Positions 46,628 through 54,487 of a stretch of DNA of 64,000 nt are shown piece after piece. This stretch comes from Sulfolobales archaeon (GTDB lineage Archaea; Thermoproteota; Thermoprotei_A; Sulfolobales; NBVN01): positions 42,388-106,387 of the forward strand of contig JAOAKQ010000004.1 of the NCBI GenBank assembly GCA_026419835.1, written 5' to 3'. Numbering within the stretch: position 1 is the stretch's first letter; the number at the start of each line of letters is the position of its first letter. The notes under the pieces were generated by a model that was not told where the DNA came from, ran no database searches, and was given only the letters and a program-made list of their open reading frames with translations. The position numbers were made by a program, and so were the translations under genes.

Positions 46628-46672
46628 CACCTAGAAAGAGTTTAACTACTTAAAAACAACTGCAGTGGCTGT

Positions 46673-46725
46673 TGATGAGGCGTGGAAGAACTGAGCGCGT
46701 GATGTAGAAGTAGGGAACTCACTGA
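46673..46725 (+). ncRNA. candidate C/D-box sRNA (non-canonical second spacer)
   Basis: TGATGA(C) - 12 nt - CTGA(D') - 5 nt - TGATGT(C') - 16 nt - CTGA(D), with a GCTG/CAGC terminal stem (46668-46671 / 46728-46731). Confidence 0.45.
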
Positions 46726-46773
46726 CTCAGCGCAGACCTCACTCCAAGGCTCGAGACCGGTGTCGATGTGCTA

Positions 46774-48105
46774 CTACATGTACTGCTCTACTACTTGAAC
46801 CACTCTCTGAGGTATGTACGCGGGGGTTACAGCTATAACTCTAACACCGCTGGACCTCAGTCTTTTAACACTGTCCAGGTCTTCCCTAAGTACTTCGTAG
46901 AGCTTGAGTTGGTAGAGCTTCTGAGCCCAGCCAGGCATATCGGCCATTTCGTATTTAACTACTATAGGCGTTACTAGAAAGAACACGTGCCCCCTCGCTC
47001 TAAGAGCGTTCGAGAACTGGTTTATGGAGCGCTCTCTCACCTCACCAGTAGGTCTGGAGAAGAGAAAGACGAGCGCTCTCTCTCTAGGTAGGAGAGCCAC
47101 GACCTTCTCGAGAACCCCACCGTAGACTTCGCTCACTTCCCGTCGGCGCCCCTCCTCGCTCTCTACGTACTCCACATCTGAAAGTACTCTGTAGGTCGCT
47201 CTCACACCTTTGAGACCTCCGAAGGGCTTACCCGAGGAGGAGATCTTCCTCTCGTTGAAGACTACCGTAGATACGCTGTACCCTCTAGAGCAGAGGTAGT
47301 AGGCTATTGAAGCAACTACTCTGGAGAAGTGCTCCACTGGTGTCTGCCTCACAGGCCCTACCCACATATCTCTCGTTGAGTCTACGATGAACATTACGTA
47401 CTGGTACGACTCCTTCTCCATCTCCTTAACGGCGATCACACCCCTGGAAGCGAAGACTCTCCACACTACGTACCTGAGCTCATCTCCCGGTCTGTAGTCT
47501 CTGATATCATATATCTCAACACCCTCCCCCGGTAGCTTGGTCTTGACCAAACCGGATTTTCTCGTAGTAACCCACAGTTTTCTAACTACAGCGTACTCAA
47601 CTCTCGGAAGTACTTTCACCTCCACTTCTCCGCGAACTTCGAGCTCCTTACTTCTGAAGAGACCCAGTGGGTCTCTCACTAGGACTCTCAGAGGACCCAC
47701 TCTATACGTACCCGCACGCCCGGAGAATCTGAACGCTAGTCTAGCCGCACCTAGAGGTGGTAGAACTAGAATTCCAGCTCTGGGAGTATCGGAAATTCTA
47801 AGTAGGGAGCTGTACTGAAGACTGTACTCCCCCAAGACGACCGGGATCCTCGTGGTGTTCCTGATCTCGAACTCCACGACTACGTCCTCAGACTCAGTCT
47901 TGGCGTCCACGCGTACTGAGGTAGTGGACCTAGCTATAGATACCGCTGAGAGGTGTGCGTAGTGCTTCATTACTACAGCTACGGAGGTGAGGACCACTGA
48001 GAGAGCTAGGGCTGTCGTATCGTAGAAAATCCCGATGAGAAAGAAGGTGGCGCAGAGGAATAGGTACGGAGCTAGTCTGTGGGTTCCCTCAACTGGAGAC
48101 TCCAC
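46774..48105 (-). CDS. DUF58 family protein (MoxR-associated, VWA-like)
   Basis: Two N-terminal TM helices and DIRDYRPGDELRYVVWRVFASRG (DUF58 signature Y.pGD..R.I.W...AR). Confidence 0.7.
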   Translation of the reverse strand: MESPVEGTHRLAPYLFLCATFFLIGIFYDTTALALSVVLTSVAVVMKHYAHLSAVSIARSTTSVRVDAKTESEDVVVEFEIRNTTRIPVVLGEYSLQYSSLLRISDTPRAGILVLPPLGAARLAFRFSGRAGTYRVGPLRVLVRDPLGLFRSKELEVRGEVEVKVLPRVEYAVVRKLWVTTRKSGLVKTKLPGEGVEIYDIRDYRPGDELRYVVWRVFASRGVIAVKEMEKESYQYVMFIVDSTRDMWVGPVRQTPVEHFSRVVASIAYYLCSRGYSVSTVVFNERKISSSGKPFGGLKGVRATYRVLSDVEYVESEEGRRREVSEVYGGVLEKVVALLPRERALVFLFSRPTGEVRERSINQFSNALRARGHVFFLVTPIVVKYEMADMPGWAQKLYQLKLYEVLREDLDSVKRLRSSGVRVIAVTPAYIPQRVVQVVEQYM

Positions 48106-49582
48106 GAGAACCCCCGTAAGTCACTAGACGCTCTAAGCCTGCTGAAGCTAGGAGAGACTCGCCCAGAGCGTTCAAGATCTCCTCACTCTCATCTAGTGCT
48201 TTAACAATCGAGCGCTTCCACGCAACCACTGGAGGCCATAAGGTGCGGTGCACTGCCTTCCGGTACAGTCTATTCATCTTCTTCCAGTACTCGAAGGCCT
48301 TCTTCTCGCCTACGTACCTACTGAGAATCTTCGGAAAAAGCTCGTCGGATAGCTTAACACCTACAGCGGCCGCGGTTACTAGGTTGACCATATCGTACAA
48401 GTTCGCGAAGTCCTCACTACCTAGCTTAACGGCACCACTAAGTACGGACTTCCTCAACTCGGTGGCTATGAAGATATCTCTCTCCTGCTGCTCTTCCATA
48501 GGTCTGTCCCTAGCTGAACCCTCTTCTCGAAATAGTAGTCGGGATACGAAGAAAGCTAGTACCGGGAGGAATGCGTAGAATATAGGGGAGTAGATATAGG
48601 TGAAAACGAGATCGCTCACTACCTTGTAGAGAGGCGGTAGCCAGAACGCTGGGTGGGCTAGAGCCATAGCCAGTGCTATCGATGTGTACAACAAATCCCT
48701 GAGCTCAGCCGTAGGGTAGTCCCCCGAAGCTGCCCTCCTTAAAGACACTAGTGGGTCCGCTGATTCGTAGTGGCGTGCGTCGAAGACTACTAAGCAGTCA
48801 CTCACACCACCGCACAGGTAGTCGAGTACGTCTTCAGCGAACTTCCTGTACGCAGATACGTTCGAATTCAGTACTTGATTTACGAATACGGAGCCATCGC
48901 CTAGTACGTAGACGTGAACACCGCCCACTACCTCTTCAGAAGCTATAGATACTGAAGAACGCACCTCCGCGAGCTCACCGCTACCGTAGCTGCGAGATGG
49001 GGTAACCACGACCGGGCCGGCTACGTAGCCGGAAGCTCTACCTCCAACAACCTCGGAAGCCATGTCGAGAACTATCCTATACGTCTCCCGCCCTAAGACT
49101 ACGGTAGCTTCCGGGTAGTAGAGCGGTCGGTCTCCAACTACCACCCCAACCCTGTTCCCGAGCACTCTTATAGACGAGTTCAGCTGTTCGAGTAGTCTAT
49201 TTGAAGTGGATTCTTCATCAGCTACTAGCACTGCGATACTAGAGCACGAACCTCTGGTCAATTCCAGTAGCTTTAGAGCGTAGTCTCTCTCTATAGGCTT
49301 CGAGGGCGAGATAACTACGTAGACACACCTACTCGACCTAACTCTAAGAATCTCCTCAGGATCCAGCAGCACTATAGCTTCGTACCTAGACCGGGATGCT
49401 TCATAGAAGCTGAGGGTTCCGTATGAGAGGGGGCTCAGCGGTGAAGACCCCGATGGAATTGCTGGAACTACGGGACCCTTCTCTACGAGCCCGATCAGCC
49501 CGATCGCTACCAGCGCTACGACTACTCCGAGACCCACTAGTCTAGCTTCTCGAACCGCCTTCAGCTTCAACTCCGTAGGCAT
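48089..49582 (-). CDS. membrane-anchored protein, DUF4350-like
   Basis: N-terminal TM. VHVYVLGDGSVFVNQVLNSNVSAYRKFAEDVLDYL resembles the GldG/DUF4350 motif. Mid-protein TM cluster and helical C-terminus. Confidence 0.4.
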   Translation of the reverse strand: MPTELKLKAVREARLVGLGVVVALVAIGLIGLVEKGPVVPAIPSGSSPLSPLSYGTLSFYEASRSRYEAIVLLDPEEILRVRSSRCVYVVISPSKPIERDYALKLLELTRGSCSSIAVLVADEESTSNRLLEQLNSSIRVLGNRVGVVVGDRPLYYPEATVVLGRETYRIVLDMASEVVGGRASGYVAGPVVVTPSRSYGSGELAEVRSSVSIASEEVVGGVHVYVLGDGSVFVNQVLNSNVSAYRKFAEDVLDYLCGGVSDCLVVFDARHYESADPLVSLRRAASGDYPTAELRDLLYTSIALAMALAHPAFWLPPLYKVVSDLVFTYIYSPIFYAFLPVLAFFVSRLLFREEGSARDRPMEEQQERDIFIATELRKSVLSGAVKLGSEDFANLYDMVNLVTAAAVGVKLSDELFPKILSRYVGEKKAFEYWKKMNRLYRKAVHRTLWPPVVAWKRSIVKALDESEEILNALGESLLASAGLERLVTYGGSRGVSS

Positions 49583-49784
49583 ATGCGGCCAGCCTCAATA
49601 TGTATAGAGAAGCTGAGAGAAGTGAGAAGCCGACCAACCCGCTGATGAGGGCTGTAGCAACCATGGCTCTCTCCATGTACGCTACGGACCACATCAAAAC
49701 TACGATAGCTACAGCTAGTACAGCTACACCTAGTGCTAGAAGCGGTAGGAAGCCTCTTACTTTAGGTATCCTGAACCTACTCAC
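49542..49784 (-). CDS. small two-TM membrane protein
   Basis: 80-aa ORF whose stop and start overlap those of its operon neighbours. Confidence 0.35.
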   Translation of the reverse strand: MSRFRIPKVRGFLPLLALGVAVLAVAIVVLMWSVAYMERAMVATALISGLVGFSLLSASLYILRLAAYAYGVEAEGGSRS

Positions 49785-50956
49785 GGTGCCACACCTAGAA
49801 ATCTAGTTAGAGACTCTATAAAGGTGAGTAGGTAGTAGGCGTAGTTTGAGTAGGTCTTCTCCAAGATCTTCACCAATCCGGCGAAGTCTGGTTCGACTAA
49901 GGACTTCAGCAAGCTCTCCCCACGAAGTAAGCTCAACTTAACGGAACTTGCGTAAACTAGGATTAGCGCAGCTACTGCGCAAATAACTCTCCTCCTACTC
50001 GGGCCGCTAACGATCTTCCTATCTACTATGCCGTACGCAATGAGTGAGGTTACTAGTAGTGAAGCTACGTTCTCGAAAACTCGGAGGACTAGCTCCAGTC
50101 CTGCGGGTGCTAGTGTGGGAAGCTCTACCAGTACGTCGAATAGAATTACGTGAATAGCTGGGTAGAAAAGCACTGCGGCTAGTCCGAGAACTGTGCCGAG
50201 TAGGGGTGGTGTGAAAACTCGGTCTAAGTTCTTCTTCTCTAGAAGAAAGCTTAGGGAGATCTTTCTCGATGGAGCTAGGAACGGAATTAAGGTATCTACA
50301 GACGAATCTACTAGCCTTATCAGTACGTAGAGCAGTACCGCAGCTACCACTACGTGAGTTACTGGTGATATAGTTAATACCCGCAGAAACTCAGCGCTAA
50401 CTTTTTGGGAGGACTCTCTAAGAAGCTCCAATAAAGAGGTGTAGTATATTCCCAGAGCTACAGACGCAGATACGAAGGGAACTAGAACGGTGAGGAAGGC
50501 CGTGAACGCCTTCAGAACTTCTCGAAGATTCGTACTTACTTCGCGCTTTCTATGTCTATAGGCAGTTGAGTAAGCATCGAAAGCTAGGACTAGGAATAAA
50601 CCGGCAATACCCGCTATAGGAACTCTGATACCGCCTAGGTAATCCAGCTCAACCGGCTCGAGATAGCCGGTTCTCAGTGCTAGAGAGCGGTGAGCCGCGC
50701 TTTGAAGTGAGATGGGTAGTTCTGAGACGACGAGCAAGGCGAGAGTGACGGAGTAGATTGCTGGACTTCCAGTAGCTATTGATAGAACGGCTAAAAACCC
50801 GGAAGCAGCTACTAGAAAGAGCTCAGCGCTCAGTGCTGTTGGACCAGCTGATAGCAGTTCTGGCGCTATTGACAGTGCGCGCACGGCGATATCGATAAAG
50901 ACGAGACCCGGGACCGCTCGCTGAAGCAGTGCTAGAGCGTACCTTAAGTTAACCAA
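49781..50956 (-). CDS. polytopic integral membrane protein
   Basis: 391 aa, at least 8 hydrophobic segments, embedded in the MoxR operon. Confidence 0.5.
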   Translation of the reverse strand: MVNLRYALALLQRAVPGLVFIDIAVRALSIAPELLSAGPTALSAELFLVAASGFLAVLSIATGSPAIYSVTLALLVVSELPISLQSAAHRSLALRTGYLEPVELDYLGGIRVPIAGIAGLFLVLAFDAYSTAYRHRKREVSTNLREVLKAFTAFLTVLVPFVSASVALGIYYTSLLELLRESSQKVSAEFLRVLTISPVTHVVVAAVLLYVLIRLVDSSVDTLIPFLAPSRKISLSFLLEKKNLDRVFTPPLLGTVLGLAAVLFYPAIHVILFDVLVELPTLAPAGLELVLRVFENVASLLVTSLIAYGIVDRKIVSGPSRRRVICAVAALILVYASSVKLSLLRGESLLKSLVEPDFAGLVKILEKTYSNYAYYLLTFIESLTRFLGVAP

Positions 50957-51992
50957 GAGACCTCACCAAATTCGCGAACATCTCTCGAGCCCTACGCGAT
51001 GCCGTACTACCGTTCTCTGCGTAGCTAAATCTAGATATCTCGTATATCTCGGTTATCTCTTTAAAGCAACTCACAGCACGCTCCAACCCGCTCCTACTTT
51101 GAGCGATGCCTTCAACTAGGCTTAGGAACTCTCTATGTGTTTGGTGATCAGCTTTCTTAATTCCGAGCTTTCTCTCTACCAACTCCACGGACTTCCAGTA
51201 GGTAGATATAGCGTCGTTCGCTGAACTACCTACATCGGCCCTGGAGATTTTAGTGGCTACTAGCTTCGCAACTACTTTCTCTAGAGCTCTCCACCGAGCT
51301 ACTAGGAGGAGCGCAATTGAAGAGACGGTAGCTAGTGAAATAGCGTATAGTAGGGAACTAGGTACGCTCACCTGAGGTACTGGTGGCGAGAACGCTATCT
51401 GTTTCGGTAGCTTCACGAACTCGCTCGGCACACTGCTTCGCTCAACTATCTCCACGACCTCTACAGCGCTCTGAGCGGCGCTGGGCTTGGGGTACAGTAT
51501 CTCGAGTAGGTTCCTCATTACACTAGCTGAGAGCTGTGCTGGAACCTCCAGGTTCAGTCTTCTGAAGCCCTCCGCGACGACTCTAGCTAAAACTACGAAG
51601 CTGTGCGGGTCCAGCTTGCCCAACCGCTCCAGCTCTAGGAGCTTCTTCGCTATCTCTTCGAGTTCCTCCGGTATCAGCACTTCTTCCTCGAGAACTCTCG
51701 CTAGCTCGCTCTGGAGCTCGGGGTCTAGCTGGGAGAGCTTCTCGGTGTCGTAATGCGCCAGTCTCAGCGCTTCGCTCGAGTCTATAACTCCTCTCTCAAC
51801 TAACTCCTCCAGGTACTGCTCGTAGTTCTGGTCTAGACTAGCTAGCTTGCTGAGTAGGTCCAATACTTCTCGATCTCTCACTACCACACCGTGCGGGAAG
51901 TTGGGTGTGTGCCTGGGTAGCTCGGCTAGAGCTGGTAGTGGTACGAGGAGCAGCGCTACCGTTAGCGTAGCTACCGCTAGCACCGTTCTCAA
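50949..51992 (-). CDS. signal-anchored protein with DUF4129-like C-terminal domain
   Basis: Signal peptide, acidic helical region, TM, then ...HQTHREFLSLVEG...EIYEISRFSYAENGS (DUF4129-like T.rE...Y..aRY). TTG start overlaps the moxR TGA. Confidence 0.45.
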   Translation of the reverse strand: MRTVLAVATLTVALLLVPLPALAELPRHTPNFPHGVVVRDREVLDLLSKLASLDQNYEQYLEELVERGVIDSSEALRLAHYDTEKLSQLDPELQSELARVLEEEVLIPEELEEIAKKLLELERLGKLDPHSFVVLARVVAEGFRRLNLEVPAQLSASVMRNLLEILYPKPSAAQSAVEVVEIVERSSVPSEFVKLPKQIAFSPPVPQVSVPSSLLYAISLATVSSIALLLVARWRALEKVVAKLVATKISRADVGSSANDAISTYWKSVELVERKLGIKKADHQTHREFLSLVEGIAQSRSGLERAVSCFKEITEIYEISRFSYAENGSTASRRAREMFANLVRSLG

Positions 51993-52924
51993 GGTCTCGG
52001 CACCGGTACCTTGGTTAGCACGTCGCTAACTACCTTCTCGGTTGTTACTCCCTGCAGCTCGTACTCGGGCTTCAGTATTATTCTGTGGATTAGAGCTGGT
52101 TTAGCAACTACCTTAACGTCGTCCGGTATTACGTAGTTTCTTCCGTCTAGGTACGCCCATGCTTTAGCTAGCTTTAGGATAGCTATTCCAGCTCTAGGAG
52201 ACCCCCCTAGCTTAACCGCTGGGTGGTTCCTGGTTTCCTCCACTACGGAGGCTATGTAGTCCAGTACTGAGTCTTCCACCCTAACACCAGCCGACCTAGA
52301 TATCTCCTCTAGTACCGCGCTTCTGGGTATCACAGGCTTGAGGTTCTCAATAGCTGCCTCTATTTCGTAAACTCTCTTCAGAATCTCTACGAAGCCTCTG
52401 TGCGATGTGTAGCCAGTCACTATCTTAGCTAGGAACCTATCTACCTGAGCCTCCGGAAGAGGGAAAACACCCTCCATCTCGATGGGGTTCTGGGTAGCCA
52501 GGACTACGAAGGGCTCCTCGAGCTTGAACGTCTGACCCTCGATAGTTGCCTGCCTCTCCTGCATAGCCTCCAGGAGAGCTGACTGAGTCCTGGGAGAGGC
52601 CCTGTTGATCTCGTCCGCGAGAAGTATGTTAGTGAATATAGGGCCCTTCTTAAGCCTGAACTCACCGGTCCTCTGGTCAAACACGTAGTACCCAACGATA
52701 TCCGAAGGAAGTAGGTCGGGAGTCATCTGAACCCTCCTGAAGTCCAGGTCCAGAAGCCTAGCAATAGACTTAGCGGTGTAGGTCTTAGCAACCCCCGGAA
52801 CACCCTCAATTAGCGCGTGACCTCTAGCAAGAAGACAAGCCACAACCATGTAAACCTCCCACTCCTTCTCGATAAGAACACCGCCATCGATCAAAACCCT
52901 CTTAACATCTTTAATAAAGCTCAA
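51989..52924 (-). CDS. MoxR-family AAA+ ATPase
   Basis: EGVPGVAKT Walker A, LLADEINRASP Walker B, ATQNP, SPRA. Confidence 0.9.
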   Translation of the reverse strand: MSFIKDVKRVLIDGGVLIEKEWEVYMVVACLLARGHALIEGVPGVAKTYTAKSIARLLDLDFRRVQMTPDLLPSDIVGYYVFDQRTGEFRLKKGPIFTNILLADEINRASPRTQSALLEAMQERQATIEGQTFKLEEPFVVLATQNPIEMEGVFPLPEAQVDRFLAKIVTGYTSHRGFVEILKRVYEIEAAIENLKPVIPRSAVLEEISRSAGVRVEDSVLDYIASVVEETRNHPAVKLGGSPRAGIAILKLAKAWAYLDGRNYVIPDDVKVVAKPALIHRIILKPEYELQGVTTEKVVSDVLTKVPVPRP

Positions 52925-52975
52925 ACCACCTAACCTAGTATACTAACCATCCACAGAATAAAAATTAGATCACAA

Positions 52976-53127
52976 TTCTATTGTTTAGATTCAGAGCTTG
53001 CGTATGGTTCTACCTGGGGCACATCAAGACTTTCAGTTCTATTGTCTAGGTTCTTCCGCGTTTCATTGTTTATGGGTTCATAAGTTCTAGCGCAGGTTAC
53101 TCTAAGTTCTGTTTTAAATAGGTTCAA
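52976..53127. repeat. array of about 5 degenerate direct repeats (GTTCT-N8-12-GGTTC) in a divergent promoter region
   Basis: TTCTATTGTTTAGATTC (52976-52992) and TTCTATTGTCTAGGTTC (53037-53053) match at 15 of 17 positions. Related copies lie at 53062-53079, 53084-53098 and 53106-53124. TATA-like boxes TAATTTTTATT (minus strand, about 52957-52967) and TTTTAAATA (53112-53120). Confidence 0.4.
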
Positions 53128-53192
53128 CTAGTTCGTCTCAGTAGCTCTCTACGTAGAATTCCCATGGCTACCGCGGGGAAAGCTCCCGGAGA

Positions 53193-54476
53193 GTGCTGAC
53201 CACCATCAGCTTCTCGATTCTATGCCGATTTCTAGCTTTTCTTCAGTTAATGCTGTGTCTTGCGTACCTGGTTACATGGTTCGGTCTTCTTTACCTGTGG
53301 ACGAGCTCTTGGCTGGGGTTTTGCTTGGGTCTGGTGGTTCTGGGTGTGGATAGGTTCCTATCTGAAGGTCTCTACAGAGGTCTCGCCGGTCGGAGAATTG
53401 CTGTTCTGTGTAATCAGAGCTCCCTAACTTCTCAGCTAACCTGCGGTGTCTGCGAGCTCAGGGGTAGGGGTCTCAACGTCGAGTACGTTCTAGTGCCTGA
53501 GCACGGGTTCTGGGGTCTTGGGGATGCTGGTGAGCCCGTTCCCAGTTACTACGACCCGGTTCTGAGAGTGCCAGTTAGAAGTGTTTACCCGGGTGTGGAG
53601 GGTTTCGATGTTCTCGATGAGGTGGACGCTGTCTTAGTGGATATTCAGGACGTCGGCATTAGGTTCTACACCTACGTCTCAGCCGCACTCCAAGTACTCG
53701 AGGAAACGTCCCGCCGCGGTGTATCTGAAGTACTCGTGCTCGATAGACCGAACCCCCTCAGCGGCTCGGTGCTTGAGGGTCCCGTATTGAGAAGTGACTT
53801 CAGGTCCTACGTAGGGTACTGCGAGATACCCCTCAGGTACGGGCTCACACTGGGTGAGCTATCTCTCTACTACAACTCGGAGAGACGCCTCGGACTAGAC
53901 CTACGCGCTATCCCAATGCTCAACTACTCGAGGTCTCTAGACGTGCTAGACCTGGATACCCACTGGGTACCTCCATCACCGGCCATCCCAGATAGGGAAA
54001 CCGTCTTCACCTACCCATCGCTAGCACTACTAGAAGGAACTAACGTTAGCGAGGGTAGAGGTACCTACACTCCCTTCAAGATCTTCGGAGCCCCCTTCGT
54101 AGAACCAGAGAAGCTGTGCGGCAGGTTGAACTCCATGAAGATCCCGGAAGTGCTCTTCCGACCAACCTACTTCAAACCAAGATACTCGAAGTACTCCAAC
54201 TCCGTGTGCGGTGGTGCGTTCGTGCACGTAATCAATAGGAAGGTCGTTGAGGTCGTTAAGCTCGGCCTGGGAGTGCTTAAAGCTCTCTACGAGCTGTACT
54301 CCGATAAACTAGAGTTCGCCAAAACAAGCGGTAGGTTCTACGTAGACCTCCTCCTAGGTACGCCGAACTGGAGAAGTGCGGTAATGAGCGGAGACCTGGA
54401 GGAGTTCGTATCGGCAGCTAGGGAGGAGGCTGGGAGGTTTAGGGAGAGCGCTAAACCGTTTATTCTGTACAGCTAG
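53193..54476 (+). CDS. DUF1343 family protein (NamZ-type exo-glycosidase-like) with N-terminal membrane anchor
   Basis: VVLGVDRFL...RRIAVLCNQSS, VDIQDVGIRFYTYVS (the hallmark DxQDVGxRxYTY), LDRPNP, EGTNVSEGRGT. Confidence 0.6.
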   Translation: MLTTISFSILCRFLAFLQLMLCLAYLVTWFGLLYLWTSSWLGFCLGLVVLGVDRFLSEGLYRGLAGRRIAVLCNQSSLTSQLTCGVCELRGRGLNVEYVLVPEHGFWGLGDAGEPVPSYYDPVLRVPVRSVYPGVEGFDVLDEVDAVLVDIQDVGIRFYTYVSAALQVLEETSRRGVSEVLVLDRPNPLSGSVLEGPVLRSDFRSYVGYCEIPLRYGLTLGELSLYYNSERRLGLDLRAIPMLNYSRSLDVLDLDTHWVPPSPAIPDRETVFTYPSLALLEGTNVSEGRGTYTPFKIFGAPFVEPEKLCGRLNSMKIPEVLFRPTYFKPRYSKYSNSVCGGAFVHVINRKVVEVVKLGLGVLKALYELYSDKLEFAKTSGRFYVDLLLGTPNWRSAVMSGDLEEFVSAAREEAGRFRESAKPFILYS

Positions 54477-54487
54477 TTTGTGAGGGA

